Origin: Vulcanimicrobiota bacterium
Lineage (GTDB): Bacteria > Vulcanimicrobiota > Vulcanimicrobiia > Vulcanimicrobiales > Vulcanimicrobiaceae
Direction of reading: 5' to 3'
NCBI GenBank assembly: GCA_963714015.1
Contig: OY970223.1
Location: 1,408,001 to 1,472,000, forward strand
DNA: 64,000 nucleotides
A model generated the notes under the pieces. The model was given only the letters and a program-made list of their open reading frames with translations, ran no database searches and had not been told where the DNA came from. Every line of letters starts with the position of its first letter. The first letter of the stretch is position 1. The translations under genes were made by a program, and so were the position numbers. Positions 44,193 to 54,233 of the stretch are shown here, piece after piece.

Positions 44193-45638
44193 TTGTTTAA
44201 GAGCATCGTCGGCATCCTTACAATCGCCGCTTTGACGGCCGGCCAATGCGTGCAAATCGAGCAACTCGAACGAGCGCGCTCTCTAGGTAACGGTCGCCTG
44301 GCGTCATTGTTGAGCTCGAATGACCGCCAGGTTGCCCTCCGGGCCGCGTTGGCGCTCGGCCGCACGAAGCAGCCGGGGGCTCTGCAGCCGCTCCTCAAGC
44401 GAGCGAACGACCGGGATCCGGCAATCCGGGCGATGGTCGTCTACGCCGTTGGGCTGGTCGGCGGCCCATCGGCCGTCCAGCCGGTCCTTCGCGCTTTGGC
44501 GGATCCGAGCGACATGGTGAAGACGGCGGCGCTCGACGGAGCGTACCGGCTCGAGTTTTCGCACCAAGTCGGCTCGCCGGATCAGCACAAGCTCTTCGGC
44601 CGTCTGGTTTCGTCGCTGAGCGCGCCGTCGCCGATTGTCCGCGCGCGCACCGCAACCGCACTCTCCGCATTTTCCGGTACGCCGCTTGCAGCGGCAGGCG
44701 CTTCAGCGCTGAGCGGCGCTTTTGGCCGCGAGCGCGATCCATTCGTGCGCCGGCACGAAATGTGGGCGCTCTATCGCGGATTCGCCGGTAAAGCATCCCG
44801 AAAAACCTTGATCGCGGGTTTGAACGATCGCGATGAGGTCGTGCGCATCGAAGCGGTGCGGGCTTTCGGCCGGCGCGGCAAAAAGAGCGACGTGTCCGTA
44901 ATCCGGCCGCTGACGCGCGATGGCAGTTGGCGCGTGCAAGAACAAGCGCTCGAATCGATCAAGATGTTGAACGGCCGGCCGCCGACGGATCATCTCACCG
45001 CGATTCCGGCAGGCGTACACACGCCGGCGCCCCAGTCCGACCCAATGGCGAACTTACGCGAATTGCCGCGCCCCCATGTCTCCGGCAGGCCGCGGGGGCC
45101 TACGGCGCAAGGCATTATGACGGCGTACAAACTCGATCCATCCGATGCGGCGACCTTTACCGGCCCGGCAAAAGGAGCGCATCCGCGCGTCCGAATCGTT
45201 ACGACGAAAGGCAACATTTATGTCGCGCTGTTTCCGGAGTGGGCACCGCTGACCGTCGAAAACTTTCTGAATCTGGCAAATGAAGGCTATTACGACAACA
45301 ATCCGTGGTTTCGGATCGTTCCGGATTTCGTCGTGCAGAGCGGCGATCCGTCGGCCGACGCACCCGGCCCAGGCTATACGATACCGGCCGAAGAGAATCC
45401 GATCGAGCAGGACAGTTACGTGATCTCGATGGGACTCGATTACACTAACCCGCCCAACGCGCACGCAAAACGGGACTCGGCGGCCAGCGAATTCTACATC
45501 ACGCTCTCCCCGCAACTGCACTTGAACGCAGACTTCACCGTTTTCGGACGCGTCATTTCCGGCTTTGACGTGCTCGGGCGGCTGGTGGAGTCCGACCGCA
45601 TCCGCAGAATCGAGCGAATTCCGGACGGCCTGCCGTGA
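44193..45638 (+). CDS. Exported HEAT-repeat protein with cyclophilin-type PPIase domain
   Basis: Signal peptide, HEAT repeats, then APLTVENF...FRIVPDFVVQSGDP...FTVFGRV. Confidence 0.88.
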   Translation: MFKSIVGILTIAALTAGQCVQIEQLERARSLGNGRLASLLSSNDRQVALRAALALGRTKQPGALQPLLKRANDRDPAIRAMVVYAVGLVGGPSAVQPVLRALADPSDMVKTAALDGAYRLEFSHQVGSPDQHKLFGRLVSSLSAPSPIVRARTATALSAFSGTPLAAAGASALSGAFGRERDPFVRRHEMWALYRGFAGKASRKTLIAGLNDRDEVVRIEAVRAFGRRGKKSDVSVIRPLTRDGSWRVQEQALESIKMLNGRPPTDHLTAIPAGVHTPAPQSDPMANLRELPRPHVSGRPRGPTAQGIMTAYKLDPSDAATFTGPAKGAHPRVRIVTTKGNIYVALFPEWAPLTVENFLNLANEGYYDNNPWFRIVPDFVVQSGDPSADAPGPGYTIPAEENPIEQDSYVISMGLDYTNPPNAHAKRDSAASEFYITLSPQLHLNADFTVFGRVISGFDVLGRLVESDRIRRIERIPDGLP

Positions 45639-46018
45639 GGCGGCTGCCGGCCCTTGTCGCAGCGTGCCTGCTATCGGCGTGCGGCACGCCGCAGCGTTTG
45701 CCGGTGGGGATGTCACTTTGCAGCGCAGTCGAGCGCGCGAACGCGTTCGACATCGTCGCGACGATAGAGAACAAGTCGACCGTTCCCATGGCGCATCTGG
45801 ATCTCTACGCTTCGTTCTATCAGAACTTTCGTTACGTGAGTGTCGACGCGGGAACCGCGCTGCGCCCGGCGCTCGATCCCGGACAAAGGCGCGAAATAGT
45901 CTTCGAGGTGGGAGGAGCGGCGAGCTCGCAGCCGCGCGGTCAGGCGATCCGGTGCTACGTGACGCACATCGGCTACTTGGACGGCACGGTGCAAAATGCG
46001 CCGCCGCCGTCGCAGTAA
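45635..46018 (+). CDS. Small lipoprotein
   Basis: GTGA overlap start and lipobox LSA-C. Confidence 0.7.
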   Translation: MRRLPALVAACLLSACGTPQRLPVGMSLCSAVERANAFDIVATIENKSTVPMAHLDLYASFYQNFRYVSVDAGTALRPALDPGQRREIVFEVGGAASSQPRGQAIRCYVTHIGYLDGTVQNAPPPSQ

Positions 46019-46019
46019 C

Positions 46020-46553
46020 TCAATGCTGATGCAGCTCTTGCGATAGGTAGGTCTGCGCCATGCGCAGGTGCGCTTGGAGCGTCGGCAGCGTCTGCTTTGC
46101 GAAAGCTCGCAATTGCGGATCGGAACCGCCGGCGGCTTCCTCTTTGAAAAGCGCAATGGCCTTCTGATGCGCCGCTATCTCTTCGCGAAAGTATGCAGCC
46201 GGCGACAGCGTTTTACCACCCTTGGCGGGAGCATTCGGAACGCCGTTCGGCGCGGGAGTTATCGCCGTGATCGGCGGCTGAGACTGCGCAAACGACGTAT
46301 CGATACCCTTGGCATTGCCGATTGCGATAAGCTGCTGGTTGGCTTGCTGATGATCCGTCGTCATGCGTCCCGCGAATTGCCGAACGCGGTAATCGGTCGC
46401 GTTCGCCTCGAGCGCAGCCTGGGATACCTCGTGGGTTCCGCTGATCAGCGCCTGCTTAACGAACGACGCGTCGCCGCTCGAGAGCGCCCCCATGAGCACC
46501 ATGGCGAAGAGCGATGTGATGGAGAACTTCATCATGCGCTTCTTGTTCCCCAT
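46020..46553 (-). CDS. DUF4142 ferritin-like secreted protein
   Basis: DASFVKQA, VRQFAGRM..DH, H..AIALF and LRAFAKQTLPTLQAHL motifs. Confidence 0.85.
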   Translation of the reverse strand: MGNKKRMMKFSITSLFAMVLMGALSSGDASFVKQALISGTHEVSQAALEANATDYRVRQFAGRMTTDHQQANQQLIAIGNAKGIDTSFAQSQPPITAITPAPNGVPNAPAKGGKTLSPAAYFREEIAAHQKAIALFKEEAAGGSDPQLRAFAKQTLPTLQAHLRMAQTYLSQELHQH

Positions 46554-46589
46554 TGAAAGCCGCCGCCTTAGCAAGAAGGCGCTAGAGTC

Positions 46590-47039
46590 CTAGAATGTCT
46601 TACGGCTGTCGATCAGGATCGTTACCGGCCCGTCATTGATCAGTTCAACGTCCATATGCGCCCCGAACACACCGTAGGCCACTCGCAGCCCGCGTGACTC
46701 GAGCTGCCGCCCCGTTCGCTCGTAGAGCGGCAGCGCACGATCCTCGCGCGCTGCGTCGATGAATGAAGGCCGGCGTCCCCTGCGCGCATCGCCGAACAGC
46801 GTGAACTGCGAAATCAGCAATATTTCGCCGCCGCACTCGAGCACGCTGCGATTCATCATTCCCGCTTCATCTGCAAAGATCCGCAGGTTGGCTAGTTTTT
46901 CGGCGATCTGCTCCGCATCGGTTAACGTATCGTCGACCCCCACCCCGAGCAAAACGGCGAGTCCTTTGCCGATCTTCCCCGAAACGTTCCCGCCGGCGCT
47001 CACCTGCGCCCTCGACACACGCTGCACGACCGCTCTCAT
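46590..47039 (-). CDS. dtd: D-aminoacyl-tRNA deacylase
   Basis: MRAVVQRV, SQFTL and NDGPVT motifs. Confidence 0.97.
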   Translation of the reverse strand: MRAVVQRVSRAQVSAGGNVSGKIGKGLAVLLGVGVDDTLTDAEQIAEKLANLRIFADEAGMMNRSVLECGGEILLISQFTLFGDARRGRRPSFIDAAREDRALPLYERTGRQLESRGLRVAYGVFGAHMDVELINDGPVTILIDSRKTF

Positions 47040-47117
47040 GCTCGTTCCACGTCAAAATCGCAGTCGGGCTGAGAGCATGTCGTTCCGGATGAGGCGCCGG
47101 GCACCGCGGCCCCCTGC

Positions 47118-48014
47118 TTATCGGGAGAATATGCTGGAAAGAGCAAACAACGCATTCTCCTTGCGTTCTGCGATCCGTCGGTAGAAATAGCCCGCCCAGT
47201 GCGTTCCGAAGGGAACGTAGATGCGCAGCCGATATCCTTCGCGCACGAGTTCGCGTTGAACTTCGGGGCGCACGCCGTAGAGCATTTGAAACTCGAAGCG
47301 ATCGGCCTGGAGCCCGTTCGCGCGAGCGAACGCTTTTACGGCGCCGATGAGACGGCGATCGTGCGTAGCGATACCGGGATAGTTGCCTTGCGCGAGCAGC
47401 TGCTCTGCGGACTGAAGGTATTGGCGCCGAATATCGGCCATCGCTTTGTATGCGATGTCTGCAGGTTCGTTATACGCACCTTTGCACAGACGCACGCGCG
47501 CGCCGAGGTCGATCGCGCGCTGAACGTCCGCGGGCGTGCGCTTGAGGTAGGCTTGCAGGACCGGGCCGACGTTTTTGCGTTCCGCGAACGCGCGCTCGAA
47601 GACGCGGAGCGTTGCGCCGGCGACCGGCGTTCCTTCCATGTCGATGCGCACGAACGGATCCGGATTACGATCCTGCGCTCGCTGAAGGATCGCCGCAAGG
47701 TTTTCGAGTGCGAAATCTTCGCTCAGCAGAAGGCCCATTGCCGTCAGCTTCACGGAAACGTTGCTTTGAACGCCGGACGCCGCGATGGCGTCGAGCATGC
47801 CGAAGTACGCATCCCTCGTCTTGAGCGCGGCGTCGCGTTCGAGGACGTCCTCGCCCAGAAAGTCCAGGGTCGCGGTCATTCCCGCGGAATTAAGTGCGCG
47901 CACCGCTTCGATGGCGGATTCGATCGTTTCACCGGCGATGAACCGCCTGGCCAAAAAAAAGAAACGCCGCGAGAAAAACGAGTCCGGCGCTAACAGTCGA
48001 TCGATGAGGGCCAT
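47118..48014 (-). CDS. Monofunctional proline dehydrogenase
   Basis: RFIAGE, SVKLT, RIDME, RLCKGAY, ATHD, FQMLYG and YFYRRIAER motifs. Confidence 0.94.
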   Translation of the reverse strand: MALIDRLLAPDSFFSRRFFFLARRFIAGETIESAIEAVRALNSAGMTATLDFLGEDVLERDAALKTRDAYFGMLDAIAASGVQSNVSVKLTAMGLLLSEDFALENLAAILQRAQDRNPDPFVRIDMEGTPVAGATLRVFERAFAERKNVGPVLQAYLKRTPADVQRAIDLGARVRLCKGAYNEPADIAYKAMADIRRQYLQSAEQLLAQGNYPGIATHDRRLIGAVKAFARANGLQADRFEFQMLYGVRPEVQRELVREGYRLRIYVPFGTHWAGYFYRRIAERKENALFALSSIFSR

Positions 48015-48023
48015 GGCGGGCTG

Positions 48024-48779
48024 CTATACGACGCGGCGGCGCAAAGCCCATTGTACGGCGATGACCAGCGCAGCGAGCACGACGAAACCGTAGCTGAGCG
48101 CGAGCGATGCGCCCACTCCCTGCGCCGAAAGCGCGATGTAAAGTTCGACCGGCAGTGACGCGGGATGATATGCCAAAATGGACGTTGCGCCGTATTCGCC
48201 GACTGCCCGCATCCACGCGAGCACGATTCCCGCCAGAATGTTCGGCGCCGCCAGGGGCAATGCGATGCGACAAAAGAGCGTCGCGGGAGCTGCGCCCAGC
48301 GTGCTCGCCGATTCTTCGTAGGCCGGATTCAGAGAACCGAACGCAGCCGCAGAGACGATTGCGATGAACGAACCGGCAACGAAGAATTCCGCCAATGCGA
48401 CGCCCCAGAACGTGTCGACGAACACGATGCCCATTCGCGCCAGCGCTCCGCCGACGAGCGTATGCCTGCCAACCGTCTGCAGCAAAATGATTCCCGAAGC
48501 TACCGGTGGGAACGCAAGCGGCAACGCCAATGCCGCAAGGCCTGCTGCTCGTGCGTTCCGCGGAGCGTGCGCAAGCGCGTAGCCTGCGGGAACGCCGAGC
48601 CCCGATGCGACTAATGCGGCAATACATGAAGCGGCCAGCGAGACGCGCAGCGCGTGCTGCGCAGCCAATTGCGAGAATGCCGCCGCAACAGCGGCGGGCG
48701 GTACCGCAGCGAGCATGGCGACGACCGGCCCCAACATGACCACCAGCAGCAGCACCGCGGCGGCCCAGAACCATCTCAT
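48024..48779 (-). CDS. ModB/CysT-type ABC permease
   Basis: LPLAFPPVASG, EAA loop (YEESASTLGA) and RAVGEYGAT motifs. Confidence 0.85.
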   Translation of the reverse strand: MRWFWAAAVLLLVVMLGPVVAMLAAVPPAAVAAAFSQLAAQHALRVSLAASCIAALVASGLGVPAGYALAHAPRNARAAGLAALALPLAFPPVASGIILLQTVGRHTLVGGALARMGIVFVDTFWGVALAEFFVAGSFIAIVSAAAFGSLNPAYEESASTLGAAPATLFCRIALPLAAPNILAGIVLAWMRAVGEYGATSILAYHPASLPVELYIALSAQGVGASLALSYGFVVLAALVIAVQWALRRRVV

Positions 48780-48847
48780 ACAGAAAACTTTACCAAATTT
48801 GCAATCACGCGCGAGGCGACCAGCGCCCCGGCGGGAAAGACCTGCGA

Positions 48848-49270
48848 ATGACCCAGCGTACTTGGCGCGTTCTCATAGCGGACGACGATCCGGCGATTTG
48901 CACGCTGATCGAAACTGTTCTGCGCAAAGGACCTTACGAAATGGTCATTCGCAATGATGCTGAAAGCGCCTTGGTCGCACTCGATCGCGAAGGTCTGTTC
49001 GACATCATCATTTGCGACTTCATGCTGCCCGGAATCTCCGGAATCGACTTGATCGAACGGCTTCGCGCGGACGAACGGACCCGCAGCGTCCCGATACTCA
49101 TGATCTCGGGACACACGAACTACGCGATGGACGGCAGAGCCAAGACCGCCGGCGCGAACCTGTTTCTGAACAAGCCGTTCACGATCTCGCAGTTGCGAAC
49201 GGCCGTCAATAGTCTGCTGGCGCATCCCAAAGTCGATCCACTCGAAAACTCCGCAATCAACACCCGATAA
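48848..49270 (+). CDS. Single-domain response regulator
   Basis: ADDD, phospho-acceptor D in ICDFMLPG and KPF motifs. Confidence 0.92.
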   Translation: MTQRTWRVLIADDDPAICTLIETVLRKGPYEMVIRNDAESALVALDREGLFDIIICDFMLPGISGIDLIERLRADERTRSVPILMISGHTNYAMDGRAKTAGANLFLNKPFTISQLRTAVNSLLAHPKVDPLENSAINTR

Positions 49271-49288
49271 CCGGCGCGAGCTGGGCGC

Positions 49289-49849
49289 TTGAACCTGCTC
49301 AAGGTTTTTCTGGTCGCCGTCTCGCTGGGACTGGACGTCTTCGCCGTCGGGATCGGCGTCGGCATCCGGGGCGCATCCTGGCGGATAAAGGTACGTCTGG
49401 GGACTGCCTTTGCCAGCGCAGAGGTCGTAATGAATCTGGCCGGCGTGGGTCTGGGCAAACTGGCCGGTTCTCTCTTGGGCGACGCCGCCGGCTATCTGGG
49501 ATTCAGCGCTCTTACGCTGGTGGGCGCCTACATGATCTTCGAAGCCCTGCGTGAGGCCGAGCAGCGATCGCCGCTCGACATGTCGCAAGGCTGGGGTCTG
49601 GTGCTGGCGTCGCTTTCAATCAGTCTGGATTCGCTGGGCATCGGTTTTTCGATCTTGTACATCGGCGTGCCGCTCTTTCTGTCGCTCGGCATCATCTTTG
49701 CCGTATCGATTTGCGCGACCGCCCTCGGTTTGACGCTTGGCCGCGTGCTCGGCCGCCGCGTGGAGGAAAACGCGGAATTATTCTCCGGCGTGATCCTGAT
49801 GCTGACCGGTATCGGATTCATCCTGGCAAAAGTCTTTCACCTGGGCTGA
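49289..49849 (+). CDS. mntP: Manganese efflux pump, MntP family
   Basis: SLGLDVFAV and SISLDSLGIG motifs with six TM helices. Confidence 0.82.
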   Translation: MNLLKVFLVAVSLGLDVFAVGIGVGIRGASWRIKVRLGTAFASAEVVMNLAGVGLGKLAGSLLGDAAGYLGFSALTLVGAYMIFEALREAEQRSPLDMSQGWGLVLASLSISLDSLGIGFSILYIGVPLFLSLGIIFAVSICATALGLTLGRVLGRRVEENAELFSGVILMLTGIGFILAKVFHLG

Positions 49850-49865
49850 AGCGAAAGCGCGCATC

Positions 49866-50765
49866 ATGCGCATCGGCGATCGGCTCCTGGAATTGGCGCG
49901 CTCGAACGGACGGCGTTCGGTCTTCGTCGTCGGCACCGGGAAGAACGTCGGCAAAACGGTCGCGATGCGCGCGATCGCCGCGGCTGCCGCGGCGCGCGGG
50001 TTGCATTCCGGGCTGACGTCCACGGGCCGCGACGGCGAAGCGACAGATGCTGCGGATGCGCAAGCAAAGCCGCGCCTGCAGCTCGTTCCGGGCACCGTTG
50101 TCGCGACTGCGCGCAATCTTCTGCCGCCTTATCCGGCTGCAGAGATGCTCGATTTGACGGATCGGCACACCGCCGCCGGCGAGGTCATCTTCGCTCGCGT
50201 CCGCCGAACCGGATTTTACGAGTTGGCCGGTCCCGCTACTGCCGCGGGCATCCGCCACTGCGTTGAGCGCTTCGCACAGTTCGGATGCGATCAAATCATC
50301 GTCGACGGCGCACTGGATCGGGTCGCGGCGCTCGCGGGCGGCAAAGATGCGGTGATCGTATCCGCCGGCGCGTCGCCCGGCGCCACGTTGGAAGAAGCGG
50401 TCAGCGAGGTACGCGCGCTTGTCTGCCGGCTCACGTTGCCTGTGTTCGATCCGCACGAACCGTTTCTTCGGCTCGACGGTGCACTGACGCCGGGCGTGGC
50501 GGCAAATTTGCTTGCGGCTCGCGAATCGCGTCAGATCGTCGTGCGGGATCCGACGCAGGTCGCGATCGGCGGGAAGGCGCTGCTCGGCATCGACAAACGG
50601 CTGAAACTGCGGTGCGAACGGTCCATCGCCGTTGTTGCCGCAACCGTTGCTTCCATCGGACGCGATCGCTATTTCGAGCCGCGCGCGTTTTTGCACGCGG
50701 TGTCGGACGCGACCGGATTGCCGACGTTCGACGTTTACGCCGCAGCGTCGGCGCAGCGCGCATGA
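49866..50765 (+). CDS. kamB: KamB-like subunit of lysine 5,6-aminomutase reactivase
   Basis: GTGKNVGKT, TSTGRDGE and DGALDR motifs. Translationally coupled to a MutS-like ATPase and kce. Confidence 0.7.
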   Translation: MRIGDRLLELARSNGRRSVFVVGTGKNVGKTVAMRAIAAAAAARGLHSGLTSTGRDGEATDAADAQAKPRLQLVPGTVVATARNLLPPYPAAEMLDLTDRHTAAGEVIFARVRRTGFYELAGPATAAGIRHCVERFAQFGCDQIIVDGALDRVAALAGGKDAVIVSAGASPGATLEEAVSEVRALVCRLTLPVFDPHEPFLRLDGALTPGVAANLLAARESRQIVVRDPTQVAIGGKALLGIDKRLKLRCERSIAVVAATVASIGRDRYFEPRAFLHAVSDATGLPTFDVYAAASAQRA

Positions 50766-52387
50766 GATTCGGCGATCTCGTCGACGCTACGACGGCATCG
50801 GCGCTGCGCATTGCTTGGCTTTACGAAGCGCTCGACGCGGTGAGCGAAGCCGGACGGCGCGCCGCGGAAAGGGTGCGGCCGTACCGCCCGGGGGAAGAGC
50901 CCGCGGCGCAGGCCCGCGCGCAGCGCATCGCAGAACTTGCGCAAATTATCGGCGCAGAATACGTCGACGGAATGCGCGACGCGCTCCGTACGTCGCCGGA
51001 CCCGATCCAAGCAATCTCTCGTGCCGGCATGGGCGGCATTCTCACCGATGCGAATCTTTTGGAACTGATGCGTTTCTTGGATGCCGTTTCTCGCGTGGAC
51101 GCGCTCCTGGAGACTTCGGGTGCGCCGATGCGCTTTACGAATGAAGACGCGCGAGCCGTCGCAGGCGCGCTCGAACATGGGCGCGCGGGAAAGTTCGGCT
51201 TCTACCTCTCCGATAAATTCGACTCGGCGCTGACTCGTGCCCGGACCGCGGAGGACCGCGCGCAAGCCGAATTCGAGGCGTTGCGAGGCAGACTTGCCAG
51301 TGCAGCGGCGAAGTCGTTAGGGCGAGACGATCTTTCCGGCAGCGAGTTTATCGTCATGCGCGATCCGGGGGTTCGCCTGCCGCCCGGCGTGCGCGTCGTA
51401 CGCGAGGCTCCGACCTACTTTCTGTGCGAACTCGAACTCGACGAGCCCGCGCTCGAAGCACTGCGCAGACGCGATGCGGCAGCCGATGCGGTCGCCGCAG
51501 CGGAAGAGGCTGTGCGCGCGCGACTCTCGGACGAAGTACGCGATCGCTCGAACGCACTCGAGGAGCTGCTCTCGGCAATCGGCGACTTCGACGTACTGCT
51601 CGCCGCAATTCGCTTCGCCCAGGAGCACGCGTGCACGGTTCCCCAGATTCTGAAAACTCAGTCGCTCACGTTCGAACTTGCGCGTTTCTTGCCGCTCCAG
51701 AGCGAACTTCAGGCCGAAGGACGGCGTTACGAGCCGATCTCGATCCAACTGGACGGCGTTGCGGTTTTGACCGGACCGAACATGGGCGGAAAGAGCGTTG
51801 CCCTGCGGACATGCGGGTTCATCGCGCTGCTCGTCGCCTTCGGGATTCCCGTGCCCGCCGAATCCGTTTCCTCTGCGCTCTTCGAACGAATTGCTTGGCT
51901 GGGGATCGGTTTTGGAGATGAAGCGGACGGGCTGCTCAGTTCGTTCGCTCGCGAAGTCGTGCGTTTGAAAGAATTGCTTGCGGTCAGGGCGGCACACTCG
52001 CTCGTGCTGATCGACGAGTTCGCGCGAACGACGACGCCGGCCGAAGGTAAGGCGTTGCTCGTGGCGCTTGTGCGCGGATTGGAACGCCGCGGGAAGACGG
52101 GATTCGTCGCGACGCATCTGGCCGGTATTGCGGAGGCCGCGGCCGTGCGCCATTTCGCGGTGCGCGGTCTGCGCGAGATTCCGGTGGCCGTCCCAAACGC
52201 GGATCTGCACGCGATTCTCGGCGCCCTTTCGCACGCAATGGATTACGCGATAGTTCCCATTACCGGCACCGTAGCGGCTCAGGGCGATGCAATCGCTTTG
52301 GCGCATCTGCTGGGACTCGACGACGACGTCGTAGCGGAGGCCGGCATGGTACTGGGCACCGAAAGTGCGGCCCCATGGACCCGCTGA
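50762..52387 (+). CDS. kamC: MutS-related ATPase (KamC-like reactivase)
   Basis: TGPNMGGKS, GLLSSFARE, DEFARTT and ATH motifs, with no mismatch-binding domain. ATGA overlap start at 50762. Confidence 0.75.
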   Translation: MRFGDLVDATTASALRIAWLYEALDAVSEAGRRAAERVRPYRPGEEPAAQARAQRIAELAQIIGAEYVDGMRDALRTSPDPIQAISRAGMGGILTDANLLELMRFLDAVSRVDALLETSGAPMRFTNEDARAVAGALEHGRAGKFGFYLSDKFDSALTRARTAEDRAQAEFEALRGRLASAAAKSLGRDDLSGSEFIVMRDPGVRLPPGVRVVREAPTYFLCELELDEPALEALRRRDAAADAVAAAEEAVRARLSDEVRDRSNALEELLSAIGDFDVLLAAIRFAQEHACTVPQILKTQSLTFELARFLPLQSELQAEGRRYEPISIQLDGVAVLTGPNMGGKSVALRTCGFIALLVAFGIPVPAESVSSALFERIAWLGIGFGDEADGLLSSFAREVVRLKELLAVRAAHSLVLIDEFARTTTPAEGKALLVALVRGLERRGKTGFVATHLAGIAEAAAVRHFAVRGLREIPVAVPNADLHAILGALSHAMDYAIVPITGTVAAQGDAIALAHLLGLDDDVVAEAGMVLGTESAAPWTR

Positions 52388-53202
52388 TCGTTACCGTCGC
52401 CCCCGTCGGGGCTGAATTGCGCCCCGAGCAGACGCCGCATCTGGCCGTGACCCCGCAGCAACTCGGCGAAGTCGCTCGCAAAAGCCGCGCCGCGGGTGCA
52501 TCCATCATTCACGTGCACTGCCGTACAGACGACGGCCGAAACACGCACGACGTCGATCGGTTTCGCGCGGCGTACGAGGCGATTCGATCGCAGAGCGACC
52601 TCATCGTGCAGTTCTCTACCGGCGGCGCTATCGGTATGAGTCCCGATGAGCGCGCTTCGGTGCTGCAGTTGCGGCCGGAGATGGCGACGCTCACGTGCGG
52701 AACGGTGAACTTCGGCGACGACGTGTTCGAAAACAGCTTTCCGATCATGCGCGGCATCCTGTCCAGAATGCAAGAATTCGGCGTGCGGCCGGAGCTCGAA
52801 ATATTCGACAAGGGGCACCTGAGCAACGCGCGGCGTCTGGAACGCGAAGGGCTGCTGCAGTTTCCGCAGCACGTCGACTTCGTGCTCGGGGTTCCGGGCG
52901 GACTCGATGCAACCGTTCCAAACTTATGCGATCTGGTCGGCGCCCTGCCGCCGGGATGCTCCTGGTCCGTTGCCGGAATCGGCCGGATGCAGCTGCCGAT
53001 GGCGATGGCGGCGATCGCAATGGGCGGCCACGTGCGCGTCGGCCTGGAGGATAACATTTATTATTCAAAGGGCCGGCTGGCTACGAACGAAGAGCTGGTC
53101 GCGCGCGTGGTGCGCATTGCAGGGGAGCTTGGCCGGCCGGTCGCCGAACCGGATGAAGCGCGGACGATTCTAGGTCTGCGCAAGGAGAAGGTTCCGGCTT
53201 AG
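52375..53202 (+). CDS. kce: 3-keto-5-aminohexanoate cleavage enzyme (BKACE/DUF849)
   Basis: GASIIHVHCR, QFSTGG, PEMATL and GGHVRVGLEDN motifs. Confidence 0.9.
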   Translation: MDPLIVTVAPVGAELRPEQTPHLAVTPQQLGEVARKSRAAGASIIHVHCRTDDGRNTHDVDRFRAAYEAIRSQSDLIVQFSTGGAIGMSPDERASVLQLRPEMATLTCGTVNFGDDVFENSFPIMRGILSRMQEFGVRPELEIFDKGHLSNARRLEREGLLQFPQHVDFVLGVPGGLDATVPNLCDLVGALPPGCSWSVAGIGRMQLPMAMAAIAMGGHVRVGLEDNIYYSKGRLATNEELVARVVRIAGELGRPVAEPDEARTILGLRKEKVPA

Positions 53203-53247
53203 CCAAGCGTCCAAACCCGCGCCCGATCATCCGCAAGGAGAACGCAG

Positions 53248-54222
53248 CTGTTCAATTACGTCGTTCGGCGAACGCTCCAATCCATTCCGCTGCTGATTTT
53301 GATCTCGCTCATTCTGTTCGTGATCTTGCACAGCGCGCCGGGCGGCGGGCTCGGGCCCTATCTCCAAAACCCGCACATCACCGCGGCCGACATCGCGCGG
53401 CTCAAGCACAACCTGGGCTACGACAAGCCGATACCGGTGCAGTACGTTCTTTGGCTGGGCCGCGTCGTGCAGGGAGATTTCGGATACTCCCTGAGCAACT
53501 CCGAGCCGGTGTTCAACGCGATCGTGGAGCGTTTGCCGGCGACGCTCGAGTTGATGATGAGCTCGTTCGTCATTGCGTTTCTGTTTGGGGTCGCAGCGGG
53601 ATTGTTTGCCGCCGTTCGTCCCTATTCGGTTTGGGACTACACCATTACGACGTTCGCGTTCTTCGGACAATCGATGCCCGTGTTTTGGTTTGCGCTCATG
53701 ATGCAACTCGCGTTCGCGGTGCACGGAATTCCTCTGCCGGGCGGTTATCAGATCACGCTGCCCTCGGCGGGAATTTCGAGTTCCGACACGTTCGACTTGG
53801 GCGATAGGGTCGTTCATCTGATTCTGCCGGCGATCGTTCTGGCGTTGTTGCAAGTGGCACTCTACAGCCGCTTCATGCGCAGCTCGATGCTCGAGGTGAT
53901 CCGCACGGATTACATGCGCACCGCCTGGGCTAAAGGGCTCAATTTTCGCACCGTGCTGTTCAAACACGGCTTGAAGAACGCGCTCATTCCGCTGGTCACC
54001 GTGACTGCGCTTTCACTGCCCGGAATCTTCGGCGGCGCCATCGTTACCGAAACGATCTTCGCGTGGCCCGGCGAAGGCCGCCTCTTCTTCAATGCGCTCG
54101 GTCAGCAAGACATCGCACTGATGATGGGTTACCTCGTCTTCAATGCCTTTCTGGTCGTATTTTTCAACTTGTTCGCCGACGTCGCTTACGCATGGCTCGA
54201 TCCGCGCGTGAAGTACGACTAA
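53248..54222 (+). CDS. Peptide ABC transporter permease (DppB/OppB)
   Basis: Starts at CTG after an AAGGAG SD (FNYVVRRTLQSIPLL). RLPATLEL, TAWAKGL and LDPRV motifs. Confidence 0.92.
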   Translation: MFNYVVRRTLQSIPLLILISLILFVILHSAPGGGLGPYLQNPHITAADIARLKHNLGYDKPIPVQYVLWLGRVVQGDFGYSLSNSEPVFNAIVERLPATLELMMSSFVIAFLFGVAAGLFAAVRPYSVWDYTITTFAFFGQSMPVFWFALMMQLAFAVHGIPLPGGYQITLPSAGISSSDTFDLGDRVVHLILPAIVLALLQVALYSRFMRSSMLEVIRTDYMRTAWAKGLNFRTVLFKHGLKNALIPLVTVTALSLPGIFGGAIVTETIFAWPGEGRLFFNALGQQDIALMMGYLVFNAFLVVFFNLFADVAYAWLDPRVKYD

Positions 54223-54233
54223 AGGAATCGGGC

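Noticed and set aside
50762..52387. Mismatch-repair MutS or MutS2
   Set aside because: Too short, with no mismatch-binding or Smr domain. The context with kamB-like and kce genes points to a reactivase ATPase.
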